A stretch of DNA of 64,000 bases, from assembly GCF_009914755.1 (NCBI RefSeq), contig NC_060944.1; one strand, written 5' to 3'. Below the pieces are notes generated by a model. That model was given only the letters and a program-made list of their open reading frames with translations, was not told the origin of the DNA and made no database searches. The translations under genes and the position numbers were made by a program. The DNA comes from the human T2T-CHM13v2.0 reference genome, Homo sapiens. Position 1 is the first letter of the stretch; each line of letters starts with the position of its first letter. This document shows positions 40,749 through 57,149 of the stretch, piece by piece.

Positions 40749-41758
40749 TTATATTTTGGTGTGTTTTTTCAGTGGCTGCTACCAGCTTTTCCTTTCCATA
40801 TTTAGTGCTTCCTTCAGGAGCTCTCGCAAGGCAGGCCTGGTGGTGACAAAATTCCTTAGCATTTGTTTATCTGGAGAAGATTTTATTTTTCCTTTGCTTA
40901 TGAAGCTTAGTTTGGTTGAATATGAAATTCTGGGTTGAAAATTCTTTTCTTTAAGAATTTTGAATATTGGCCACCACTCACTTCTGACTTAGAGTTTCTG
41001 CTGAGATGTCTGCAGTTAGTCTGATGGGCTTCCCTTTGTAGGTTACCTGGCCTTTCTCTCTGGCTGCCCTTAACATTTTTTCCTTCATTTCAACCTTGGA
41101 AAATCTGAGGATTAGGTTTCTTGGGGTTGATCTTCTCGTGGAGTATCTTAGTGGTGTTCTCTGTATTTCCTGAAGTTGAATTTGGCCTATCTTGCTATGT
41201 TGGGGAAGTTCTTCTGGAAAATATCCTGAAGTATGTTTTCCAACTTGGTTTCATTCTCCCCATCTCTTTCAGGTACTATAATCAATCATAGGTTCGGTCT
41301 TTTTACATAGTCTCATACTTCTTGGAGGTTTTGTTAGTTCCTTTTCATTTTTTTTTCTCTAATCTTATCTGCATGCCTTATTTCAGCCAGATGGTTTTCA
41401 AACTCTGATACTCTTTCTTCCAGTTGGTCGATTCAGCTATGCTTCACGAAGTTCTTGTGCTCTGTATTTCAGCTCCATCAGTTCATTTATGTTCCTCTCT
41501 AACTTGGTTATTCTAGTTAGCAGCTCCTGTATCCTTTTATCAAGGTTTTTAGCTTCTTTGCATTGGGTTAGAGCATGTTATTTCAGCTCAGTGGAGTCTG
41601 TTATTACACAGCTTCTGAAGCCTCCTTCTGTTAATTCATCTATCTCATCTTCCGTCCAGTTTTACGTCCTTGCTGTAGAGGCATTGTGATCATTTGGAGG
41701 AAAAGAGGCACTCTGGCCTTTTGGGTTTTCAGTGTTTTTTTCGTTGATTCTTTCTCAG
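40749..41758 (-). pseudogene. Disrupted L1 ORF1
   Basis: Position and sequence match ORF1; the start codon appears mutated to CTG; no long ORF remains. Confidence 0.75.
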
Positions 41759-43859
41759 CTTTATGAGTTTGTCTAGTATCAATTTTTGTGGCTGCTGACT
41801 CTTGGATGAAGTTTTTGTGGGGACTTTTTTTGTTGAGGCTGTTGTTGCTTTCTGTTTGTTTTACTTGCAATGTGCAGGTCCCTCTTCTGTAGGGCTGCTG
41901 TTGTTCGCTGGGGGTTCACTTCAGATGCTATTCATCTGGCTCATTCCTGCACTGGGAGATGCCACAGGAGAAGGTTGGAGAACAGCAAAGATGATTGCCC
42001 GCTCCTTCCTCTGGGATCTCTGACCTCAAGGGGCACCAACATGATGCTAGTAGGAATGCTTTTGTATAGGGTGTCTGACCACCCCTCTTGGAGGGTCTCA
42101 CCCAGTTGGGTGGCATGGGGAGCAAGACCTGCTTAATGTAGCACTTTGTCCCTCCATGGAAGGGGTGTGCTTTGCTGGGGGGAAACCCACTCGTCTGGGC
42201 TCCCTGGATTCCTCAGAACTAGCAGAAGGAAAGACTAAGTCTGCTGGTCTGTGGAGATTGCTGCCACCTCTTCCCCTAGGGGCTCAGGCCCAGGGAGATC
42301 AGAGTTCTGTCCCTGAGTCCCTGGCTGAAGTTGTTAAAGTTCCTGCAGGGAGTCCATGCTCAGTGAGGAGGGATGAGTCAGGTTTAGGGCCTGAAGAGGC
42401 ACTCTGTCTGCAGTCTGCCACAGCTAGTGTGTTGGGCTTTGGGGGATACCTCTTGGTACTAAGCGGTCCAGCCTCCCTGGCTCCAGCAGGGGAAAAGCGG
42501 GGCCTGGAGCTTTAGAAATGTCTGCCGCCCTTCCCCTACCCTGGGAGCTTAGTGTGTTAGGCAGCTATCAGTCTCAGTGTTGGCTGTTGCCCCTCCCTGA
42601 AGGAGCTCAAATGGCTTACACAGCAAGCAGCCACAGCTGTGGTGCTGGTCACCCCTCCCCACTGGGACCTTGGCAAGCTTAAGCAGATTCTAGCTGAGTC
42701 GCTGTTGAGAATCTGCATGGCTCCGTGGCTGGGACCCTAGGCCCTGGTGGCATGAGCTCATGAGTGTGATCTTCTGATCCATGGATTGCACAGTTCTGTG
42801 GAAAAACCTGTTTTCCCAGGCTAGGTAGCATGCTCACTCACTGCCTCTCTTGCCTGGGGGCTGACTGCTCCCCTGCCCCATGTGGCTGTCAGATGATCCA
42901 CTACACCACACTGGTCTTCTTTCCTCTCTGTGGATAATGCCAGCCGCTTAGTCAGTTCTGATGAGAGAACCTGGATACCTCTGTTGCTGGTGCAGGATTT
43001 GCAGACCATTACGGTTCTTTTCAATGGGAGCCTCTGATCGCATTGCTTCTAGTCCGCCATCTTGGCCCCATCCCTGTGAACTGCATTTTTAAACACCTGT
43101 TTTTTTCTACTCCAAGGACATTTTCCTTAACATTGTCAGATTCTCCACTTCTTATGCCACTTTGACATTGTTCTATTGCTAATAGTAACACTTCTATTCT
43201 TATCAGTATATGCATTTAAAAATCCCTTAATATTTAAAAAATTTTTACATGGATGAGCTTAACTTGATGCTGTTGATGAATCTGAAAAAACTTAAATGTT
43301 ATTTCTGTATTCTGTGACATCTTAAGGTTGGTAGAGAAAGTGTGGTTGGTAAAGAAAGTGTTTTATTTTATTGTAAATTTGGTAACTGATTCACAGATTG
43401 AGATTGATCTAGGACCACATTCCGGAGTCTTAATGTGAGTCATTAAGAGTGGTTTATTGGTGGCTGGAAGATTGGCAGCCCAGGGGGAAAGGGCCAGGAC
43501 AGCTGCCATGGGGAAGAGCAACAAAGAGGACGATGGGGAGATATCATGTAGAATATGGACCTGCACTCATCAGCAAAGAGCTCCAGCCAGATCTTGGAAT
43601 AGCAGGCTAAACACAGACCAAAGACACAGTAACTAATTGAGCCTTCCTGCAAAGTATAATAATTGATGTAAAACTTGTTTAGGAGTGGCAATTTATGGGA
43701 AATACCAACATAAAACTAATTTTTACAAAACATGGAATATGGAGGTCAGATTATAACATTTATTGGCGAACTGATTCCAATTATTAACAAAATTAGAAGC
43801 TCCTAGGTGTATGCACATCTGAGTAGGTCAATTAACATCATACTTACCTCGTAACCTAC

Positions 43860-44430
<571 letters not shown>

Positions 44431-44980
44431 GACTTCTGGCAGGAAAGGACATTTCATTCACCCTTCCAACAAATATTTTCTGAACAAGCTGGGTGCCCAG
44501 TCATGGCTAGGATTAAGAGATATTAATGGAAAGAAAGCACACTCTCTACCCTCAAGGTACTCTCAACGGAGGACACAGAACTATGAGTAAATAATTAGAA
44601 TAACTAGTGCTGTATCTGGGGTATCGATGGATTGCAATAAAAGCAAAAAGTGAGGGATTATCCTTAGTGTTCATGTTTGAAGAAAAGCTAGATGGGAAAT
44701 CACTTCAATATGTAGAGACATCAGCAGAAATTTCCAAAAGGATATGGTGTGAGGCTTAGGGTTTTCTGGATTCCTATTGGCTTCAGACACTTTCTTCCTG
44801 GATCTTCTGATTTGTCAGATAGCTTGTGTCTGTCCTTGAGAGATCTCCATTTCTGATTAGGCCAAATGATTTATTTTCCAGAACTTGATTTGCTAATATG
44901 CAAATGTCTGGGCACCCACAAAAGAAGTTGTCTCATCATCTGACCAATCATGCCTGTTCAAAAGATGAATACCGGTTTTT

Positions 44981-47098
<2,118 letters not shown>

Positions 47099-47222
47099 GA
47101 CACTTCATGCAACAGAGGTACAAATCAGATACTATTATCCCCATTTGACAGATGAGGAAATGGACTCTTCAGGCAATATTAAATAATTTTATTAAAGTCA
47201 CAAAACCAAAAAAAAAAAAAAA
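47099..47222 (+). other. L1-mediated 3' transduced segment with a second poly(A) tail
   Basis: 109 bp of non-L1 DNA lie between two poly(A) tracts; ATTAAA at 47178 and 47191; TSD AAAAGATGAATACC at 44960-44973 and 47219-47232 encloses the L1 plus this segment. Confidence 0.92.
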
Positions 47223-47407
47223 GATGAATACCAGGGAGGATATTTTAACATCTGATGAAAGGCTACTAAATAGAGATAACTATAAGAAATAAAAATGAAA
47301 ATTATAAAGAATAATCAAGTAATAAATTAATATATAAATACCAAAAATCTGGGAAGTTTTCTGAGCTGACTTAGAACTTTAAGAAATGCTAAAACAATTA
47401 TGAAAAG

Positions 47408-47497
47408 CAGAAGTGATAATATTAATGGGTTCGGATGGGTAGACAATAAAATCAGAGGTGATAATATTAATGGTATTGAATGGGTAGATATTAGAAC
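47408..47497 (+). repeat. Two-copy 45-bp tandem duplication
   Basis: CAGA(A/G)GTGATAATATTAATGG....ATGGGTAGA repeated with period 45. Confidence 0.85.
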
Positions 47498-47747
47498 CTG
47501 AACCACAAAAAGAAGGTGTTGGAACCTAAGAAAACACAAGTTAACCAATTTTTTTTCTTGATTTTATGGTATTCAACAAACATTTATTGAATGTCTAAGT
47601 GCCACGAACTGGTAACTGATTCCTTGAACTGGCAATCATAAACTGAGCTGGAAAGTAGACCACTGAAAGTAATTTTTTTTAGTGGAAAACCAAAATATCA
47701 GGCCAAGATAATTACACTGAACTATACATTAACAAAGAACCTTTGCT

Positions 47748-48089
47748 GATGGGGCACAGTGGCTCATCCCTGTAATCCCAGCAATTTATGAGGCCAAGGC
47801 AGGAGGATCACTTGAGCTCAGGAGTTCAAGCCTAGATTGGGCAACACAGTGAGACACTGTCTCTACAAAAAATACAAAAATTAGCTAGGCATGAGGGCAC
47901 ATGCCTGTGGTCCCCACTACTTGGAGGGCTGAGGCAGAAGGATCTCTTGAGCCTGCAGGAGGTTGAGAGGCTACAGTGAGCTGTGATCCTGACACTGCAC
48001 TCCAGCCTGGGTGACAAAGGGAAACCCTGTCTCAAAAAAAATAAATAGATAAAAAACAAAAAAGAAAGAAAAAAGAAAAAGAAAAAAAG
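47748..48089 (+). mobile_element. AluJ
   Basis: GGAGGATCACTTGAGCTCAGGAG, GAGGCTACAGTGAGCTGTGATC; TSD AAAGAACCTTTGCT / AAAGAATTTTTGCT. Confidence 0.9.
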
Positions 48090-48324
48090 AATTTTTGCTA
48101 TCTACTTGAGTTAGGCAACAGATTTGCATTTTCAATAAGTTCCTGTTATTGCTCATTAGTAAATTATGTCTTATTTTTTATTATACCATCTGAGTACTGG
48201 AAAGATCACATTGCTATATAGGGACCTTGGCAGTCTCTCAATTTTGCATGTAATATGTTTAGTGTGTCAGAGCACGCATGTACATAGTATGAAACTAAGT
48301 TCATTTTCTATGTATTTATCATTA

Positions 48325-48560
48325 AACCTCAGGTTTTGAAGTCAGCAAGATCCAAACTAGCATTCTGCCTAGCTTAGTTACTTGCTTAGGAAAGTTATTT
48401 ATATTTTCTGAGCTTCTATTGTTTTGTCTCTTAAGATGGAGGAGCAATACTTAACCTTCAGTTATTAGAATGACTAAATAAAGTTCCTTCTTAAAATATA
48501 GAACACTGTGTTTGACACATAGTAGGGCCTCAATGAGAATTTAATGAATGAGCAAATAAA
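48325..48560 (+). mobile_element. MIR SINE
   Basis: CTTAGGAAAGTTATTT...TCTGAGCTTCTATTG...GAACACTGTGTTTGACACATAGTAGGGCCTCAAT. Confidence 0.65.
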
Positions 48561-49742
48561 CGAATAGATAAATAATAGAAATAAAACAAGACAGAGGAAT
48601 AATATGTGTCTAGATTTATTTATTCATTTATTTCTTGGAAACCATTTCTCACCACAGAAAAATGTTAGGTACATTATAGGCAGGATGAATAGATGTCTTA
48701 AAATTCATGCTATATTCTTAATTCTGGTTAATTTATTCTAATGAAAATTATACATTAAAATCATCACAAAATATAATTTAAGTTGTGTGTCAAGCTGTAC
48801 TTTTTCATAGTAATGAATTTATTTTTCAGGGTATGCTGTGTGCATATAGTTTATTTACATATTTAGATATATTTCCTATTTATAATCAGAATTTGAATTA
48901 TTGGGCCAGTTTTTAGCTAAATAGTTTATAGCTAAATTGTTTCCCAGTAAGTTTTCTAGTTTTTATCTATGAGAGGGCCAATTTGCCTGCATCCTCTTTA
49001 AATTATTTCTTAGGTCAAAGGGATATCTTTTCCTTAACAAAAAATGTTTTAATAGTTTACATCAAATTCACTGAAACTATATATCATGGCTAATGAAACA
49101 GGCTTTACTAATTTTTAACTACACTTCAAAAAATTTCTTGGATAAGATAGTTGGGTTCAATTATCATACAGAAAATCTGTGATAGTAGCAGCAAAATTTT
49201 AAAACAATAGACACTGATGTCCCAACTGGCACCCTAACGACTATGAATCTTTAATACCTACCATTGTGTTAAGCTTCAAGAAATGAGGCAGAGAAGAGGA
49301 GGGAGAAGACACAGTATTTCAGTGATTCTTTACAACTTGACAAAGTGTTATTATGTCATCTTTCAAATCCATAAGCCATTATTTTGCACCTTGGGGAGCA
49401 ATACAGTAGTGCTCCAGATCCCACAGAATCACTTATCCTTAAAGTCTTCATATACTTTTCTCAGTCTATCCTTCTCTCAAGGGAAAGCAAACTTCTCTAG
49501 CTTTGGGAACGAGTAGGTCTTAGGTGTCAGCTATCACTTCTCCAGAAACAGGACACAAGATAACAAGCAAAGTGACCTTTGCAACTGTCTTTCTCAAAGG
49601 AAGCTGAGTCATTTTTCTCTAATTTGGTTTAAAAAAAAGATGTTTTTATTATATCGAGAGTAAGCACCATAACTTCTCCCATGGAGGAAGTTTTTCTTGT
49701 GAAAATACCTTCAAGAGGCATTTTGGCGTGGATGAGTCGGAG

Positions 49743-50264
49743 TGTGGTAGATTGATTGCAAAAAATAGCACAAACATTTCCCCTCCCTGTACTCATCCCC
49801 TTGCAATATGACTTTGCAGCTCCTCCCCTCGAGACAAAACTCTATTTGTCCACCATTAAATCTAAACTGGTTTTGTGACTTCCTTTGGCAATAGAATGTG
49901 GTGAAAGTGACAATCTACCACTCCGAGGCTAGGTCTCAAAGGCTTCTTCATGCATTGTGCTGGCTCTCTTGAAACCCTGTTCTGCTATGTGGATCAGTCC
50001 AGGCTACTCTGCTGGAGGAGGTGCAACCCATGACCCAAGCATGTGCATTTCCATAGCCAGTATTCAGCCAACCATTCCATTGAGGCCATTCTAGATTAGC
50101 CAACTCCTACCTGACTGCGAAAGTGAGCAAAGCCAGCTGGGATCAGCTGAGCCCAACCTAGAGACATGCAACTCACAAATAGATTAGTGACCAACAATAA
50201 GGGTTTATTTTAAAGTCCCTGAAATTTGGCATGGTTTATTACTCAGCATTAACTAACAGATACA
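49743..50264 (+). mobile_element. MLT1G/H-type LTR
   Basis: Begins TGTGGTAGATTGATTGCAAAAAATAGC; ends TTTATTTTAAAGTCCCTGAAATTTGGCATGGTTTATTACTCAGCATTAACTAACAGATACA. Confidence 0.85.
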
Positions 50265-50929
50265 CTCACAAGCAGGAATAGCAGTAAGTATCAGGATATC
50301 AAAGACTGTGGGAAGCTACTCTACAGTAGCAACAGGGGAATCATGTTGGCTGTTGCTGATAGTTGCTCAAGGTGGTATAAAGAAAAGAGATGAGGATGAG
50401 AAGGGGAGAAGATCTAACAAAATGGGGAGTATATGTGATTATATTTGGGGGGCCCAGGGACTGTTAACAGTGACAGGACGGCCAAAAGGTATGTAAGAAT
50501 GATGAGTTATTGTGTTGCCAGAAAGTGAGCATCCACTCCACTTTGCCTTCTGTGTTTTTAACACAATATATGTAACTGATTAATGCAGCACAAGAATAGA
50601 TAGAGATCCTGTCCTTGTTTGTGAAAACTAAAGAGAGGGCTGATCATTTCTACTGGGTAAAGTGATGTGATACAAAGATAGCATGCTTGGACATAAGACC
50701 CTACAATGCTGAGCCACCTGGAGGAATATGACTCTCCATTTCCATCCCCTCACACGGAATTCACAAGGAATACTGAAGAGTGTTAAGACTTCCACAGACC
50801 ATTGAACCCATTAGGTGGGAAGAAGGGAGGTTGAGTCATGTTTAGCTTCCTCTCCAGTGGAACAGAGATCTGCAGCTGGCATCTGAATAGCATTCCTCTC
50901 ATGTAAAGGGTGGAGGGAATGTGTCAACA

Positions 50930-51135
50930 CCAACTGAACACCTAAGCCTTATCTCATGTAATTCTGACAACTGCACAAAGAAATTATTTGTTATCCGGAT
51001 TATGCTTAAAAGGAAACTAAGTTTCAGAGACATTAAGGAGCATACTAAATTTCACTCAGTTGGTGAGTGATAAACAGTATTTTAAATCCAAGATTGCCTG
51101 ACCCTGGCCCAATAATCTTTCGATTCCACCACAAC
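50930..51135 (-). mobile_element. MIR fragment
   Basis: AGGAAACTAAGTTTCAGAGACATTAAG...TTTAAATCCAAGATTGCCTGAC. Confidence 0.55.
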
Positions 51136-51619
51136 TGCCAGAAACATCTATCCACACATCAGGTGTATCCACAGCTGTTTGGTTTGTTGTTGCTGAAATT
51201 TAAGTATAACACCTCCCTTAGCAACTGAAAAGGCCCTTAGCTACCTGCAATATTTAACAACTACTTTCTACATAAATAGCTTCTGAAGGTTTTATCTTAC
51301 AGCATAGTGGGTTCATGACAGCTTTTATCTGAGATGATGAAACAACAAAAATGCCTGGACTATGACCTAGAGCCTGCCCGGGAGGTGGTTGGTCAGGTGT
51401 AGTCTCTTGGGAAGTGCTGGGGACACAGATGTTCCAGATGGTTGAGACATTTCTTTCACTAGAGCATGGAGTGTAGAATTAGCCAAAATACCCAACCTCT
51501 AGGAAGGAAATACAGATGTTCTAAAATTGTGGTATCCAACTTTTACTTTTCAGATTTCTAGGATTCAACAGAGGTTCCTGAGAGGCCATTGCAAATGTCA
51601 GGGGGAAAAGTAATTCAAT

Positions 51620-51875
51620 TAACAACAACAACGATAACAACATAGCTTATAATTGAATATCACCAGGCAGTGTTCTAAGAATTTTGTGTAAATTAACACA
51701 TTTAATCATGTTTTTATCCTTATGGGCTACATATAACATTATCAATAGCCTCATTTTACAGATGAGTAAACTAAGACAAAGAGGGGTTAAGGAAATTACT
51801 CAAGGTTTTGCAGTAAGTGGTCCAACTAGAATTTTTTCACAGGCAGTTTTGTTTCATTGACCATGCTCCTACTCA
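51620..51875 (-). mobile_element. MIR SINE
   Basis: CCAGGCAGTGTTCTAAG...CCTCATTTTACAGATGAGTAAACTAAGACAAAGAGGGGTTAAG. Confidence 0.82.
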
Positions 51876-51924
51876 CCATAACGTACTATTTTTCAGGCAG
51901 AGAAAGTGTTTATTTTTTTAATTG

Positions 51925-51981
51925 CACACACACACACATACACACAGACACACACTCACACACACACACGCACACACACAC
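51925..51981 (+). repeat. Imperfect (CA)n
   Basis: Direct reading. Confidence 0.92.
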
Positions 51982-53536
51982 CTTACATCTTCATGGGATT
52001 AGTACATTGGACCAGCAGGACTCACAGGATGCAATACCAAAGCAACTTCATTTCCCCCGTAATTGCTCACTCAAACCTGTGCCATGGATCAGACCTTTCC
52101 CTAACCCTGGATGAACTCCTGGGCAGAAAAGACCACACAGCTTCCAGATTCCCTCTGAAATAACCAAAGAAACTCCAGGCATTTTAGTTGCCTAAAATAG
52201 TGTCTGTTCACTGATGAATATCCCGAGTCCAGTGTAATATTTGAAATTCTGAGTTTCACTCAAAGTTAAAGCCTGTCCCTTCACTTGAACCTGCAATAGG
52301 TTGGAAATCCACTGATGGGGAAAGAGGGACTTTGTCTTTTCTACTCTGTTGTCTCCTTCCATCCCCTACCACAGCCTGGTGTTGACTTCGAACCTCCTGG
52401 TTGAAGCCAGGAGAGAAAAGAGGTGGAGGCTTAAAAATACCTTAATTGATGAGCACCCATATACAGATCGTTTCATATTACATTGCAATTGTGAAGGTAT
52501 TTCAAAATGTTGTTTACACTTATCAATGTTTTAAAATTATGAAAATAATGATAGTTATTAGGACTGATGCTAAATCTGGTTATTTAATGTTATAAAAATT
52601 TTGAAATATTTTGATAACTCTACTTAAAGAGGATTCCTTTGGCAATTCTATGGATTTAATTTATGTACTTAAAAACAGTAACCTAAGAAGGGGTCATCTA
52701 TTGCCAAAGACTGCTGAGAGAGTTTATAGCATAAAAGCACCTTGGTTTTGGGGGTTTCTTCTCCACCATATAATGTCTCAACTGTTGTCCTATCTCCCTT
52801 CCAGACAACCTTCTTGGGTAAAGTCCCTTTAAGGTGATAAGGGCCAGTTCTCTTCCTCCTGCTCATATGGCTGACATCTCCATGGGAAACATGCACCTTT
52901 ACCAGTGCTTGGCAGAAGTGCAGGTACTCTGTAACCCCAGCAGCCCCTACTCCATCCGCTGTTCAGGTCTGCTAGTTAACTGGTATGCCCTAGTAGGGCG
53001 AACTGGCTTTGCATGTTTGAAGTCCTCTTGTAACAATTGGTAAATAACTTCTGCTCTGAGCTCCCGTCAAATCCTCTGCCAATACCCTTGCCTCCTCAGC
53101 CTCTTCCCAGGACCTCCAGACCTCCCACTATTCAGGAACCTAAAAGAAAATACTTGGCAAAGCCAGACCCTGCAAGAGCTGACTCCAAATGCACAAATGA
53201 TTTCAGTTCTCATTTGTCAGTGCTCGGGCCTCACTAGTTGTTGGAACCCTGTGAAACATCCGCACTATTCATTACATCCAAAGGAAGCAATCTAACTCCC
53301 TAATTGGGTTTTTCCAGCCTCTCTCACTAGACTTGAGGCAAGGGGACCACATCCCCTACCCACCCCTTCTTGGAATGGCAGTAGGAAAAATACTCCAACA
53401 CATTTTCCCAAAGAAATTCTCTCTTTAATCTAGCACCTCAATCTTTTTATACCTTTCATGTGGCTTTTGAACCTTATATATTGAGGGTCCGTATTAAATG
53501 TTCATTCACTGAAATTACTGCTGACAATCAATCCCT

Positions 53537-53582
53537 ACACACCACACACACACACACACACACACCACACACACACACACAC
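53537..53582 (+). repeat. Imperfect (CA)n
   Basis: Direct reading. Confidence 0.92.
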
Positions 53583-54574
53583 CTAAATGTGCTTGGCTAT
53601 AAGAATTTCCCATGCAGCAGACTATTGAACTACAGATTTTTCAGCATTGGCATTTGGAAAAGGCTCAAACCTGAAGGCAGAGAAAACTAATAGCCTAAGG
53701 CCTCCAATCTAAAGATAGATTCTACTAATCCTAGGCTGGCTGCCTTGTACAGCTTTGCAATGTCTCCTCCACATGTGAGCCTGGCCCGCTTGCCTCTCCT
53801 GTTTCTACATTCTCAGTTCCTTGGCTGGCTCCCCCAGGGATAACTCTCAGTGCCTGCCTGATCTGTGTTACAAAGCAGACATGAATAGCCAGGCCAGAGA
53901 GCCATGTACTAATTTCCTGGGTGGCCAATCCCTCTCTCTCATATCCTAGTGCCATTTTAAGGGAAAAGAAATGTAGGACATGGAATAAACAGAGGGAAAC
54001 CTGCTTGATTTGTTGTTAATGTGTCAGTGTTTTGTTTTGTGGGTTTAACTTGTAGAAGGCAGGCCTTTGTCTTGTTACTCTCTGGCATTTAACAGGGCCT
54101 GCCTTCAGTGACTCAGCCGGGTTTCCTTAGACAGAAAACAGCCACTTAGTGCCTTTTACACCACCAAGAAAATGAGATTATTCCTTGAGGAGATCAGCAG
54201 CTCTCGGCTGCTGTCGAAAGGGCGCTTTGCCTGTTTGTTTGGCTGAAAGGCACCACGCAGCCCAGGCTTGTTTAAAATTAGCTTCCTCATAAATCACTTG
54301 CACAATGAAGTGTCTGCCTCTGCCCTCTGACATATTTGTGTCTCTGTTTATTTTTAATGATGACATGGCTTTTTCTGTTTCCATTTGGCTCTTTACTCTC
54401 CACACTCCCAAGCACTAACTTCTGTGGCAAAAGTACAAAATCTAAGAAACTGCAGGGAAGAAAGAGTTCCTTTTCTACCAGCACATAAATGTAGTGGGGA
54501 AACTGAGTTAGCCTTGGGGGTATTTCTGGAGGAAATTGCCTCCTTTCTAACTTTGTCAGATTATAATATCCTGA

Positions 54575-54970
54575 AATTGTACTTTTTGAAAGAGTAAGAG
54601 GGTGATGGCAATATTCTGTAACTTGATAGGGGTCTGTGTTACACACGTGTATGTGTTTGCAAAACTCAATAAATGTATATGTACCTTACATGTAAGTTTT
54701 TACATAAAGAAAAAAGTAAACTAATAATGAACTCTAATAATATTTATACAGAACTATTTAAGAAGAAGTATACTAGTTTTCTCAATTTACTTTGAAATGC
54801 ATCCAAAACTGTGATAAATTAATTGATGGATAGATGGACAGACATGTGATAAAACAAGTAGAAAAAAAATGTTAAAGGCAAAATATAGATGGTAGGTACA
54901 AGTCTGTTCCCTGCAAAATTACTTCAACTTTGCTGCAAGTTTGAATATTTTTACAATAAATTATTAGAAT
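54575..54970 (+). mobile_element. L1MC/MD-type 3'UTR fragment
   Basis: GGGTGATGGCAATATTCTGTAACTTGATAGGGG...CAATTTACTTTGAAATGCATC...TTTGAATATTTTTACAATAAA. Confidence 0.75.
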
Positions 54971-55339
54971 AAATGCTCTCTTGGTGACCCACACTGAATC
55001 CTTGGAAACATCAGAGAGCCACAGCTTCTAAAATCCTGTATTCCACCCAAATTTTATTTTTAAAAATCTATATTTATATAGAGTTAAATTGCAATAATTT
55101 ATGACAACAAGGAAAACAGTATCCTTGACCCAGTAAAAAGTACAAAATACAGAATATTCTAAGAGAGAGGGAAATTTTATTAGTTAGACACATAAGAACC
55201 TTCTTCAATTTAAATGGCATGTAACTAGAAGTTCTTAATGCAGCTCTCTAATCCAATATATAAAACACAAATGAAGAACAGTAAAGGGCATACAATGACC
55301 AAAACCCACATAGGATGAATTCAAATGGGCCTGGGGTGA

Positions 55340-55786
<447 letters not shown>

Positions 55787-57149
55787 GGTGAGACAAAGTA
55801 TTTTTATTTTCTTATTACAACTTTTGGAGACTTCGACTTCCAGAAAACAACCAGATAATTAGAAAAGAAGAGCTCTTAGCACATATTGCCATGGTACACT
55901 GAAAAATTACACTGCTTTGGCAAGAATGTGGACAGGAAAACTCATGGTAACAGTATATTGCAGAGGTAGTAGTTTGTTGTGCATTTCTTTTCTTCAGAAT
56001 GGCAGTTGGAGTTGAAAAAGCCACCTCTGCAGCAGAGCTCAATAATATGAAAGTTGATTATTTTCCAATATGATATTGGAAGTTGTTCTAGTTATTGTAC
56101 AATTAACCTGTCTTCTGGGGAAGGGAAATATACTCCTCCCGTGGAAGAGAGTAAGGAAATGAACAATAAGCTAATAAACCTTAATATCTAAATGAGTTTC
56201 TTTTCACAAATGAAGACCATGTACCCTTATTGACAAACACCAGCTCTTGATAAATGTCCAGTTTACTCATTCATGGATGAGTAAACTGAAAAATATTTTA
56301 AAATATATTTAATTGGCTATAAAATACACCTACAAAGTAATCTTCAAAGACAAGTCTTAAAAATGACATAAGAAAAAGTAAAAGGATCAGACAAAACTCC
56401 AAATCATGCAAAAACAGTCTGCATTTGAGGTGGTAAATAAAGAATTAACACTACTTGAACTTAAGATGTGAACATAAAGTACAATTTGAAAAGTTCTCAA
56501 AAAACATTGATGAGAAAGACAAAGGGAGGGAGAGAAACAGGATACAAACCATAGACTTGAATGTATTCCTCAGGAAGTACCCAAACTGAAAGGAAACAAC
56601 AAAAATAAATAAATAAATAAAGTCAGAGAAAAGGTCTGAGAGCACATTGCCAAGGAGTCAATAGCATTTCAGGGAAGTTAGTGAAGAGGAGCCAAGTGTG
56701 GTTCCCTGCACAGCAGCCATGCAAAATGAGTTCAAAGGTTAAGAAAATGAGGATTGGAAAGTTTTGTTAGCTTGACCAAAGCCTAGATCTAGAATGGGAT
56801 CTCAGGAATTTTATTATCAGAATCATAAATCAGAAATATCAAGTCTGTAATATTATTTGAAAATGCTGAAGTGCCACAAGTGACCATTTTGAGACTGAAC
56901 TCCTCAAAGTTGTCACCTCTCTCTGAAACTCATTGTGCTTTAATATTCTTGCCCCATTGCCAGGGAACAACTAAATAACTTCCTTTGCTTTATTTCATTC
57001 ATCCATTTCTCCTTACAAGCAGCATTAATGTTGTGCTGCCTTATTGGACACTTTAACATAGATCCCTGTCCAAAAAAACCACAAATTTCAGTAGTGTAGG
57101 TAAACAACTTCAACATAACATATGGAGTACAGAGGGAGAGAGAGAAAAA

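Larger units (their letters stand above)
36662..43074 (-). mobile_element. Full-length (~6.4 kb) inactive L1PA8/L1PA8A-type LINE-1
   Basis: Minus-strand 5' end GGCCAAGATGGCGGACTAGAAGCA; ORF1 and ORF2 remnants; 3'UTR GCTAATGCAAGTGGGGCTTAAAAACC; core TSD TGCATTTTT at 36658-36666 and 43082-43090, with a TTTT/AA endonuclease site. Confidence 0.93.
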
